From the IMG/VR virus record IMGVR_UViG_3300045988_118731, positions 1 through 64,000 of that record: a stretch of DNA of 64,000 bases. One strand, written 5' to 3'. Numbering within the stretch: position 1 is the stretch's first letter; each line of letters starts with the position of its first letter. Shown piece after piece: positions 48,974-59,300 of the stretch. The translations under genes and the position numbers were made by a program. This stretch comes from a virus. Under the pieces are notes generated by a model. The model saw only the letters and a program-made list of their open reading frames with translations. It was not told the DNA's origin and did no database searches.

Positions 48974-49066
48974 CTTCTTTACCGCCTCATCAGCGAGAGC
49001 ATTAGAAAAATGGTAGCCGTAAGTATCTACATATTTCTGATAAGCTGGATCCTCTGCGTCTGCTCC

Positions 49067-49324
49067 TCAATAAGAACGACCTCTGCCACGTCCGCGACCT
49101 CTACGCATCTGAGGTCCGTCACCGTAGTATCTGTCGTCTCCATAGTAATCGGTCGGGTAGGATTCGTAACCCATCCTCCGGTATTCCCGGTCCTCCATTT
49201 CATGACGACGTTCGCGCTCTTCGAGCCTTCTTTCCCTTTCTTCCAGCTCGTTTTCGCGCTCTTCCATTTCCTTCATCTTCTCATGCATACCGTAATGGTC
49301 GTAAATACCACCACCATACCCCAT
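49067..49324 (-). CDS. E/R-rich coiled-coil + RGRGRG-tail ORF overlapping the 3' end of BRO-N gene in +1 frame
   Basis: ORF; possible frameshift continuation of 49273..49839. Confidence 0.35.
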   Translation of the reverse strand: MGYGGGIYDHYGMHEKMKEMEERENELEERERRLEERERRHEMEDREYRRMGYESYPTDYYGDDRYYGDGPQMRRGRGRGRGRSY

Positions 49325-49839
49325 GTACGTCCCATCAGAACGCCGGCTTCTGCCTCTGCCTGCGACTTTTCAGCTATAGCTCTCTGAGCAGCTTCATACT
49401 GATCAGCCCATGCCCTTGCCGCATCTGCTGGATTAGAAAAGTCAGGAACCAAAATTCCCTTGCCGCCTGAACTTGTTTTGTATTCTCCTGTTTTACGAAT
49501 AGAAGGAAGAACCTCAGATGTTACCCATTTCTTAAATCTCTTAGCAGACTCTAATTTTGAAGATAATATAAGAGAATATAAACCAGATTCATTAATTATT
49601 CTTATACTATCTATATATCTGGTTTTCAATATAGATCGTTTTACGCCCCATTGATTATCAGATACTTGCAAAAGCATAGAATCATCATCATCTACATGTC
49701 TTTTTACCGCATCTTTAGCATTTATATATCCAAGAGATTTAGCCACATCTGACGCCACAAACCAAACATCTCCTTTTGGATCTACAATAATTCTAAGCTC
49801 TCCAAAATCCGAACTTTCAAAAACAGAAACTTTATCCAT
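49273..49839 (-). CDS. BRO-N domain protein (antirepressor-like)
   Basis: FGELRIIVDPKGDVWFVASDVAKSLGY ... INESGLYSLILSS ... AKRFKKWVTSEVLPSIRKTGEY matches BRO-N consensus. Confidence 0.7.
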   Translation of the reverse strand: MDKVSVFESSDFGELRIIVDPKGDVWFVASDVAKSLGYINAKDAVKRHVDDDDSMLLQVSDNQWGVKRSILKTRYIDSIRIINESGLYSLILSSKLESAKRFKKWVTSEVLPSIRKTGEYKTSSGGKGILVPDFSNPADAARAWADQYEAAQRAIAEKSQAEAEAGVLMGRTWGMVVVFTTITVCMRR

Positions 49840-50126
49840 GATAAAAAAAATAGGCCCAAAAGAGAATGTCAGATCCCACTATGACAAACCCTAATGAGCC
49901 AAAAATATCTTTCAACATCAAACAACCAGAGGTGGGATCTCGTTGTTCATTGTTTCTGAAACAAAGATAGGAACAGGATCTTAAATAGCAAATATTTTAA
50001 TACTTTTTAAATCAAACCAGGGCCCGCATCACTGCGAACCCTGATCTACACTAATCTAAACTAATACCATGAAAAACTTAAATCTAAAAACTAAAGAACA
50101 CACAAATGTATGAAAATGTATGCTTT

Positions 50127-50324
50127 TCACAAAGAATCTGTATCCTGTTCTTTTGTGTGATTCAAGACATGGGATATAGTTCTGATACTTAATCCGGTTT
50201 GATTTTGTATCAGATTATAAATATAGGATTTTGAAACTACAGTTCTTAATTGACCTAAATCATTCATAATGTTTTTATACATAAGATGAATGCTGTTATT
50301 ACGTTTGATGGTACTGATTCTCAT
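50127..50324 (-). CDS. possible small HTH-like protein in a 700-bp non-coding region
   Basis: ORF only; weak. Confidence 0.25.
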   Translation of the reverse strand: MRISTIKRNNSIHLMYKNIMNDLGQLRTVVSKSYIYNLIQNQTGLSIRTISHVLNHTKEQDTDSL

Positions 50325-50478
50325 TTCCTACCGTTATTAGTTGCGTTCTGTTCTTACTTTTCCCTATTTTCTATAATCCCTTCCTGAAACTAATATCGCA
50401 AACTTAATAAAAATAATCCATAAACAATGAAAATCTAACTTTTCTTATATGTTATTGATATATACACATATATAAGAA

Positions 50479-50504
50479 AAGTGAGACTTTCACAAGCCTC
50501 ACTT
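50479..50504 (-). terminator. terminator hairpin after 751-aa gene (aagtgag ... ctcactt)
   Basis: 7-bp stem; T-rich on minus strand downstream. Confidence 0.45.
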
Positions 50505-50549
50505 CCCAAATTGTGATTATGAAAAAACTATATCATATATATACAAAAA

Positions 50550-52805
50550 TTATTTGCATTCTAATTTATTAAGATCACCTAATTCAGACTTGCTTATGGT
50601 CATGTCTTGTGTCAAGCCAGATCTGTTTTGGTATGGAGCATAATCGGTTTCTACTGCCTTTACCTTTTGGGTAGAATCGTATTTCACCTCCGATTCGGTT
50701 CCTGTTAGATTTTGGTAGATAGAGCCGGAACTACTTTCGCCGACTTTAGTGAACACTGTGTTCCCTATTCTGATAAAATTATTATACAACCCTTCTACGA
50801 TAACATTACCATCCTGCTTAGTTATGTTATGATCCCGAACCTCATTTAAGAGATTAGGATGCTTTGTGAAAAGATCGTGATAGAAATCAGAACCGGCATA
50901 TAACATATCATAATAATCCAAATAGAACAGATCTGTAAAAGAAGGATCGGTACTGCTCATGCTATACTCAAATAGCTGTTCACGATCATTACCTGCCAAA
51001 GATAGTTCAATTTGTTTTAACGTATCCGGATCTGAAACGGTAAGACCCAGCAAATAATCTGGTTTAAAGTCAAGATACTTGTATGCCCCTTCATACACTT
51101 CCGTATTATGAAGCTTATTTTCAAGATAAGATTGGTATAAATCGAATAAGAGTAAAGGATTCTCTTTGTCCTGCTTTCTGTTTATGTATCGGCTAAACTC
51201 CCGTTCTTCATTAACATACGGACTTTCAGGAATAACAAGATGACCAAACGCCAATCTGGTAGCATTCATCTCTTCCGTATTCTGAGAATCGGTATAAGAC
51301 AGGACGTATTTTTTAATAGAATCAGCAAGGGCCTTACTATCTACGTTTTTCACGCGGAGCTTATCTAAAACACCATCTTTAAAACAATATTCAGGATAGA
51401 TACCAGGTGGGAAATAAGTTAGGCTCTGCTTGGCAAGCTCGGCAGCCATATCGTACAAATCACCTAAATTATCTCTTTCTACCTTATGATATAGGTTTCC
51501 ACCAAGATAAAGCAGAGAATGATTTTCAAATGCCGATACCGGATCTATGTCAGATTCCATATAAACGATATTCATATTATCCATATACTCTGGCAAAAAC
51601 ATAACACGGCGATCCCTGCTATCTCCAAGAACGTCATCAATAGCAGAAGCTAAAGTAGGAGCATAAGTATCATCGTTGCGCCTTGCTACATAAATATCAA
51701 GATCCAACATCAAGCTATCAATTTTATTCAGCGATTCTTCTGTTCCGTCATATGCCTTAGACACGCCTACGATATCTATACCAAGACCCACACAAGCCTC
51801 TTCTACGTCCCATATCATACTTCTAAGGTCTTCTTCTGTATCAGCATTAACCCTATTTAGAAAGGCTGATATACGAGCTCGTAATGACTCAGATCCAATA
51901 GGGCTGTAATAAGCATAATCTTGCAACTTTGATAATGACCGTCTCTTCCCTTCTACGATATTATTATCTTCTAAAGCCACAACCGGAACGATGTTCATAT
52001 TCGAAAATTCGTTGAACATCGACAAGGCAAAACTCTTATCCGACTGATATCTTTCAACTAACTCCGGATATGAATCAGATAAAGATCCGAAAGCAGCATC
52101 AAACTCTGAAGCAACACTAATACCTCCTACTGTATTTTTTATAGCCTCATAAACTTCAGCCGGATTGTATGATGCTCTCTTTCCTAATTTATTGAAGACG
52201 CCTTTTTTATACACAACAGGACCGTATGGTTTTTCTACGGTTGTGAAGTAAAACTCTTTCCCAAGATCGTGTTCGTTATTAGAATAGTCTAATAATAGCC
52301 TCATAAAAGAGCTGACCTCATTGAATACAGAAGGATTATCTAATATCCTACTTATTTCCGTCTCATTATACAAGCCGGATCTTCTTAGATTTTCTTCATT
52401 TAGGATAAGATTGCCATCCACATAAAAAGAGCTTCTAACTCTATTAATAAGAGATCGTATGCTATATATGGAATTGGATATCATAACATCTCTTACATCC
52501 TTAACATCCTGAACCGTTAAGGGATCGGAAAAATAAGCCTGACGCTTCATATACGACAGCACATCTTCTAAAAGAGGTTCGCCATTAGGATCGGTATTAA
52601 ACATCTCCCCTGGAGCCGGGTTATTCCAATGACCATAATACGACAAAAAATCAGAGGTGTAAGCCTTAGCCCATACTTGAAGAGCTCGCTCGCTGTTTCC
52701 TAATAATTTTAAGGCACTTTCGTAAAGAACGGAAGGCTCACCGTTAGGAGCCTCAACCCGTTCTATTTTATTTTCCTTCTTTTCTATCTGACATTTGACA
52801 CCCAT
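50550..52805 (-). CDS. 751-aa hypothetical structural protein
   Basis: long ORF adjacent to the giant genes. Confidence 0.85.
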   Translation of the reverse strand: MGVKCQIEKKENKIERVEAPNGEPSVLYESALKLLGNSERALQVWAKAYTSDFLSYYGHWNNPAPGEMFNTDPNGEPLLEDVLSYMKRQAYFSDPLTVQDVKDVRDVMISNSIYSIRSLINRVRSSFYVDGNLILNEENLRRSGLYNETEISRILDNPSVFNEVSSFMRLLLDYSNNEHDLGKEFYFTTVEKPYGPVVYKKGVFNKLGKRASYNPAEVYEAIKNTVGGISVASEFDAAFGSLSDSYPELVERYQSDKSFALSMFNEFSNMNIVPVVALEDNNIVEGKRRSLSKLQDYAYYSPIGSESLRARISAFLNRVNADTEEDLRSMIWDVEEACVGLGIDIVGVSKAYDGTEESLNKIDSLMLDLDIYVARRNDDTYAPTLASAIDDVLGDSRDRRVMFLPEYMDNMNIVYMESDIDPVSAFENHSLLYLGGNLYHKVERDNLGDLYDMAAELAKQSLTYFPPGIYPEYCFKDGVLDKLRVKNVDSKALADSIKKYVLSYTDSQNTEEMNATRLAFGHLVIPESPYVNEEREFSRYINRKQDKENPLLLFDLYQSYLENKLHNTEVYEGAYKYLDFKPDYLLGLTVSDPDTLKQIELSLAGNDREQLFEYSMSSTDPSFTDLFYLDYYDMLYAGSDFYHDLFTKHPNLLNEVRDHNITKQDGNVIVEGLYNNFIRIGNTVFTKVGESSSGSIYQNLTGTESEVKYDSTQKVKAVETDYAPYQNRSGLTQDMTISKSELGDLNKLECK

Positions 52806-52831
52806 AATAATTAACTTTTTTGCAAAGTTAA

Positions 52832-53371
52832 TTATAAAACTGATTTATACAATGACGGATCCCAAACTCCCTCTATATAAATCTCCGGAAAACTCAAACT
52901 GCCATCACGAAGAGTGGTGACTTCCAAGCTGGGAATGTTGAAAACAGTACTGGCACTACCAAACTCACCATTCAACTTGATAGCATTTCCGCTGTTATTA
53001 GCCTCATAATAAAAATAACAATAATTTTCATTAAGACTCGGATCATATTCGTACCAATATGTTAGATCTTGTATATGGTCTTCTATATTACCAATTTTGT
53101 TTTCACCTAATATAAAAATACCATTATTGCTATGATGATAAACCATAGATTCATAACCACCATAATTCCAATTACTATTAAACATTATGTAACTAACATC
53201 GGAATCATGATCTTTTAATACAGGTCCTATATGTATATGAATTTTATTAAACTGACATACATAAGGTCTTTTTCCTCCAAGCCTTTTTATATCTTCATTA
53301 GATAACTTATTATAACATCCTCCCACAAAATTATCCGCAGCATTAAAAAATCTCCTTCTCATACTCAACAC
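52832..53371 (-). CDS. putative fibre-like protein with MRRRF N-terminal motif
   Basis: MLSMRRRFFNAADNFVGG; immediately downstream of the 2213-aa gene, with overlap. Confidence 0.55.
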   Translation of the reverse strand: MLSMRRRFFNAADNFVGGCYNKLSNEDIKRLGGKRPYVCQFNKIHIHIGPVLKDHDSDVSYIMFNSNWNYGGYESMVYHHSNNGIFILGENKIGNIEDHIQDLTYWYEYDPSLNENYCYFYYEANNSGNAIKLNGEFGSASTVFNIPSLEVTTLRDGSLSFPEIYIEGVWDPSLYKSVL

Positions 53372-56300
53372 TCCTTATTTAACTCATTTATCGAATCCGA
53401 ATTATCAGAACCTTCTACAAGATTCTTATTCCTATCTATCTCTTCCTGGCTCATGTTACTCATCATATTTTGTATTTTCCTACCAGATTGAGATAAAGAA
53501 CGGATGAATGCGCTGGAACTTATCTTAACTCCAAGATCTGGTTTTGCCCTAAACGCTTCTCCGGTACTGATATTATATAAATCATACACACCTGAGTTCA
53601 TGTAGAATTTGTATATCCAGTTTCCACCAGCTTTTTTGTATCCTAATTTGGTTAGCTGGGTTACGCTCATACCAAATTTAATGCCATTACGACCCATTAT
53701 CTTCTCCGGTATAGGTTCTACCTTAGCCGGAACAGATGTATATGCTTCATCGCCGCCGTACAGGAAATAAGGGGTTGTCACCCTTGATATGTGAGTAAGC
53801 GACTCTTCGGATATACGAGGTTCGTCTTTCGCAGCCTTAGATCCTTTCCTTAGATTGGATATTCTAATAAAAGGATCGTATGTCAAAAAGGTTAAGCCGT
53901 ATTCTACTTTATAACCTGATACGCCGTTAAGGTCCCTTATAGCCTTAGTCGTATGCGAGTGATTGATGGTGTCTATACCATACCTTGATTCCATATCGGT
54001 CATAATACTATTAACCTCATCTCCCTCTACATAAACCTCTTCTCCTTCCGGGATAGAGGTTATGCCGGCAGCCCTTCTAAGTAGCCATAAAGTAACTTCA
54101 GCAATGTCAGAGAACTTATCTCCGTTCTTCCTATAGTTATCTACTCTTCCTTCTTCAGATCCAGGTAATTCGACATTTCTTTCAATTTCGACATTTGTTC
54201 TGGATTGTCCTTTGCCTTCTCCATCTCCCTTTTTATCGCCATCTTCCTCAGTGCGTACTGCACCGCCTTCTGCACTTCCTTCTTTTCCATCATTTAAAAT
54301 ATTATCTGATTCTGACTCTATAGACTCCACGACAGCATCATACTCTGGTATGCCGCTAAGGAAATCTGCTACGTTATTCAAAAACTCTATTTTTTCCTCG
54401 TTTGTCATATCAAGGCTTTCCACGGGCTCCCATATGGCAGGCAAGTTGTTTGATTTTATTGCAGTAGAAACATCTTCTACAGTTTTATTATCCACCGTAG
54501 GCAAAACTTTAGAAACCAAACTATTGATATCAGATTCCATTTTTTCTACTTCCTCTTTTGTGCCATATTCTTTTAGGGTATCCATGCCATTGACTCTAAG
54601 AGAATAATTCAAAGCCTTGCTTGGAACAAAATCAATATATTTCAAAAAGTTTTTCAACTCTGATATAATTTGTTCATCATATCTTGGCCCAACATAATCA
54701 ACCACCACCTGATCTGTTTGAGAACGAAGCCAAGAAACGTATTCTTCTAAGGTCTTACCACCTTTACTGGAAGGAGTGGATATTTTATCACCTACTGTTC
54801 CTTTAGGTTCTAATCCCATTTCTTCCTTAAGGCTTTTAGGATTACCTCTCTCACGAAGAAACCTCAAATCACCTCCTACAATCTTCCTTGCTATAAAATC
54901 AAAAATATTAGCATAAGACGGCAATCCTTCTTTTTCTATATGAGATTCTATTTCGTTTAACATAAGAGAGAAGTTTTTCCTGGAGGTACGCTTCTTGCCA
55001 GGTAAAGACCGCGCAGCTTGTGCCGCAGGAGTCGGCTGAGCTAATGGCGCCGGCTGAGTCTCCCGGACAGCCCCTTCCTCTGGCATTTCCTCTTCATAAA
55101 CATCCACGTCTTCTTTAGAAGTAACGGTCTTACCCTCATCAGAGAAAGGAAGATCATCCTCTATAAGCGACTTAGGGCTGGAAGATGATTTACCAAACTG
55201 AATCCTGATCTTAGGAGCAACAAACATCTCGCCTTCGAAATCTATTCCAGATTCTACCTCAGACATCACAATGTCTTTAACGCTCCTACTTCCATCTTCT
55301 ACCCACTTAACAACATCAGGAACTGTAGATAATTTTTCTATAGCCTCACGAGCTTTTCTAAGCCCTGAAATAGGATTCAAATACGATACTTGATACGAAG
55401 CCGGATCAAGACCTAACTTGGTTAGATACGCATTAAGATCTTGTATATCATCTTGACCCATCTGTAGCAATTCAGAATCACCGGATTCAAGCAGCATATC
55501 TATAAAAGACATCCATTTCTGCCCTTCCTCTGATTCTACAGAACGTAGACTAACCGGGAAAAGATAATTAAGACCGTTTTTACCCTTGATAACAACTACC
55601 GGAACTCTTATATTTTTGTAATTATTCCCCTTGTCATTTAATATAGAATAAGCAAATGGGAAGCCTGTGTATTTAGATCCGTTCTTAAGCACGACTTTGC
55701 CATTTAATACATATCCGACATCAGATACTTTTTCAGCACCTTTTTCGGTAATAGGGAGATTTTCTACCTGGCCATATCCTTGACCGTTCACCTTCATGTT
55801 AAACACCGGTCTTCCGGGAAGGGTCTGGGCAACAACATGCGTGCCGACGCCGATGGTAGCCGACCGGCCGGCGTCCTTCTTCCACTTGTTAAAAGCCGTT
55901 CTTCTTATTTTACTTATACCATCTATGCCTCCTGTATCAGCTTTTACAACAGAAACGAATCTGTTCCCACTCATGACCTTGATAACCATATTGGATACCA
56001 GTTTATTCTCAGCAGATTCTATTCTTTTTTTATCGCCGGACTGAACAGCGTCATTGTATTCGGTAAAAAGAGACTGATTATAAGTATCATTTACATCTAT
56101 TTCGAGATTAACCTTATCTCCTTTTTTCAAAGAAGATAATGCTTCCTGATCTATTTTATCTACTTCATTCTCTCCGAATCCGACACCCGTTCTGTACGGA
56201 ACCAACTCATCTGAATCAAGACGCTTATAAACCAAAGAATAGGAATTACCCACGTCCTGAATAGACACGTCTGTGTAGCGATTAAGAACACGAGCCGATT

Positions 56301-59300
56301 CTTTGTTTATAGACCATCTCGCATGATAAGGCAGTTCAATTATAGTAGCCGTTTCCCCACCTATGTTAAGAGAATACCTTTTAGTACCATTAGCGTTCGT
56401 TTCAGAGCTTATTTGAATAGGAACCAATGATTTTATAGAAGATATAAATTTATCGGCTCTAAGACCCGCAATTTCATATCTTTCGTTGCCATCGTTGGAT
56501 ATTCTTCTAACCATCAACGTCTCTGGATTCTGGGCGCTATCTATGTTAGCTCCAGGCGTATTATCGGATTCATCTAACTCATTTACAAGAGAATCTATAT
56601 TGGTATCATCCTCCCCAAAATTACTTAACGTAGATTCGGAAATACGACCTTTATCAATAATCCTGTTTTGTTCGATATAAGGAAGGAGATCTGTGATGTT
56701 TCCAACCTGGCCAAGATCTTCTATGGTAAATACCGAATCGGCAAGCTTATCTTCGTCAACCTTCTCCCCTTTATCCCGCCTGTTCATTATATCAACATAC
56801 GAAGAAATAGCATCATCAAGCTCCTTTCTTTGATCTGGTTCCAAATTAGACTTAGCCATATCAATAATAGCTTTATTTTCCTCATACACTGATCTCGGAC
56901 TTGTAAGCCTGTCAGCCTTTTCAGATAATGATTTAATGAGATTAACAGGACTATCACCTAAAGACGATACATAATCATCAAAATCTTGTTTGTATTTATC
57001 ATACACATCTTTTTCCCTTGCAGTAAGAAGATCGGTGTTTCCTGTATATAATTTATCAATTATAGACTGCCTTACGACCGGGACCGTAATAGGATTATCC
57101 ATAGCAGCTTCATAATCTTCATCCGATACAGATTCCGTAAGTGGAGACTCTTTTATATCATCTTCTGCTTCCCTCATCCTATCTTCCCTTACTTTATCAA
57201 GAGCATGCATAAAAGCCTTGATAGTCCAAGCTTCGTCTTCCGAAATCTTACCTTCTGACACAGCTTGATCTACTACCTCATCAGTATCATATTCACCAAC
57301 TTTATTAGGCTCTGCAAAATCAGGAACCTTATCATCCCCCTTATAAGGAGTAGACCATAGAGAAGACAGCGCTTTTGAAAATCCCCTGTTTTCCTCAGCT
57401 AAGAATCTTTTATCAAGCATCTTAGACAAGAAGTTATTCATATTCCTATAGTCCATCAAACTCCTTCGGTATTCATTTACCAAGGATCTCATGGCTTTGT
57501 CTTTGGCCGTAAACTTCTTTTCCTGTCTTGATTTTACATTAAAATAATCATCAAAAGCTATAAGCGTATCATAGGCCTCTATTACATCTTGTGAACTTAT
57601 GGGAGAAAGAGGAGATGATAAAACAGATTCGGTTTTACTTACCAACTCTTCTATCGAAAACTCTTTTCCTATTAACGTTGATAACTCAGATAACGAATTA
57701 TTGTAATTGGTTCTAAGGCTTTCCAATTCTTTGGTTTTTCGTTGTATGGATTCAGCTTGTGGATCTTTTCCATCTACGTTACGAGGACGAGTAGCAAGAT
57801 CTTCTATTTCGGATTCAAGCTCTTCTATCCTTGACTGTATGCCACGAATAGCCATAGCCCGCTCCCTCGCCCTGCCCGACAGCCGGGAAAACGTACTTAG
57901 CGCATCCGCCACGCGAGGCTGCCCCGAAAGAGTTTCTATGACAGAAGCTATGTCTTTCATCCTTGATTCTGATTGAAGGCCAAGGAAGGCATTACGAGCT
58001 ACGTATTTTCTAAATTCGATCTTAGAATCATCACCTATAAGATCTTCGGCAAAACCTTGAGCAGATCTGAAATCAGAAAGACGATTATTATAATTATCGA
58101 TAATAGAATCCTTGTATTTCTTCGCCTCTTCCAAAGACATTCCGTTAGCTTCGGCTATTTCCGAAATAGGCATCATATCAACCATCTGCCTGAAATTTTC
58201 AGCCGAATCCTCTAAGGTCCCCATTTGATTGTCAATAGACATCTTTTCAAACATAGCATCATCAAGCTCCTTACCGGTCATAGACTGAGCGTCGGAACGA
58301 ACTTGAGGCCCTAAACTCATTGACTTTTTCAACGTATTCAAAGCCGCCGTATTAAGATTAGAAGATGCTTTGTTATATTCATTTACTTGCCTTTCCAGCA
58401 ATATCTGATTATTACTATACTCTTTCACTCCAAAGAAGCCTTCCCTCATACCAAACAAAGAACCGATAATAGCACCGATTCCTATTTCAGTCCATCCTTC
58501 TTTAGACGTATATTGTTTTTTAAATCCTTCAGAAATAGCATCAAGAACATCAACGGCCCCGTTCATAGCAACATTGTCATATCTTGACTTAACATATTCT
58601 TCAGCCGTATTCTGGACAGCACCTTGAGACCCTTCTTCCCATAAGCCTTCAGATACCGGTCTTTTCATGATATTGAAAACATTGCCTGCTATCTTCTGTC
58701 CTATATTGGGATTGGTTATTTTAATAGCCATCTCTCCCGGCTTCGCAACTTCCGTCCCTAATCCAAATAAATGCTTGTTGAGCTTCTTTTCCAACCCAGG
58801 TATAGCCTTGCCGCCTAACCCTATATACTTACCAAAAAGAAGCCAGTTGGATAATCCTACGATACCCATATTGGCGGCAAATATAGCACTACCTACATCA
58901 GCATTAGAATTACGAAAAACAGCCATTTCCTCTGCATTGGGATCACGACCATAAATCTTACGATAATAATCCTTAAAATCAGACTCGGATTGCTTCATAA
59001 AAGAATTTGCTTCAACCGATGACTCGAATCCGGCACTGGTAGCCAACAACGTCATGGTCTTAGCCGCCTCCCCTACATTCCTTCCAGTAGCAACCCCTTT
59101 TCTCACATAGTCGTTAAACACGCTTTTAAGGCTTCCTATGCCCCTATTGGCAGCTTGCCTTGCTGCTAACTTAGCTCCGATTCTTCCACCTAATTTAGCG
59201 CCTATGTTTCCTAATGAACCAACCCCAAGTCCTCCGGTCATGTACGCTGATATCATGGCTCCTACAGTAAAAGACATACCATTACCAAGGACGTCATTCC

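Noticed and set aside
48863-49387. Plus-strand 174-aa ORF 48863..49387.
   Set aside because: It is antisense to the BRO-N / RE-rich minus-strand ORFs and has a highly hydrophobic, low-complexity translation. Likely spurious.
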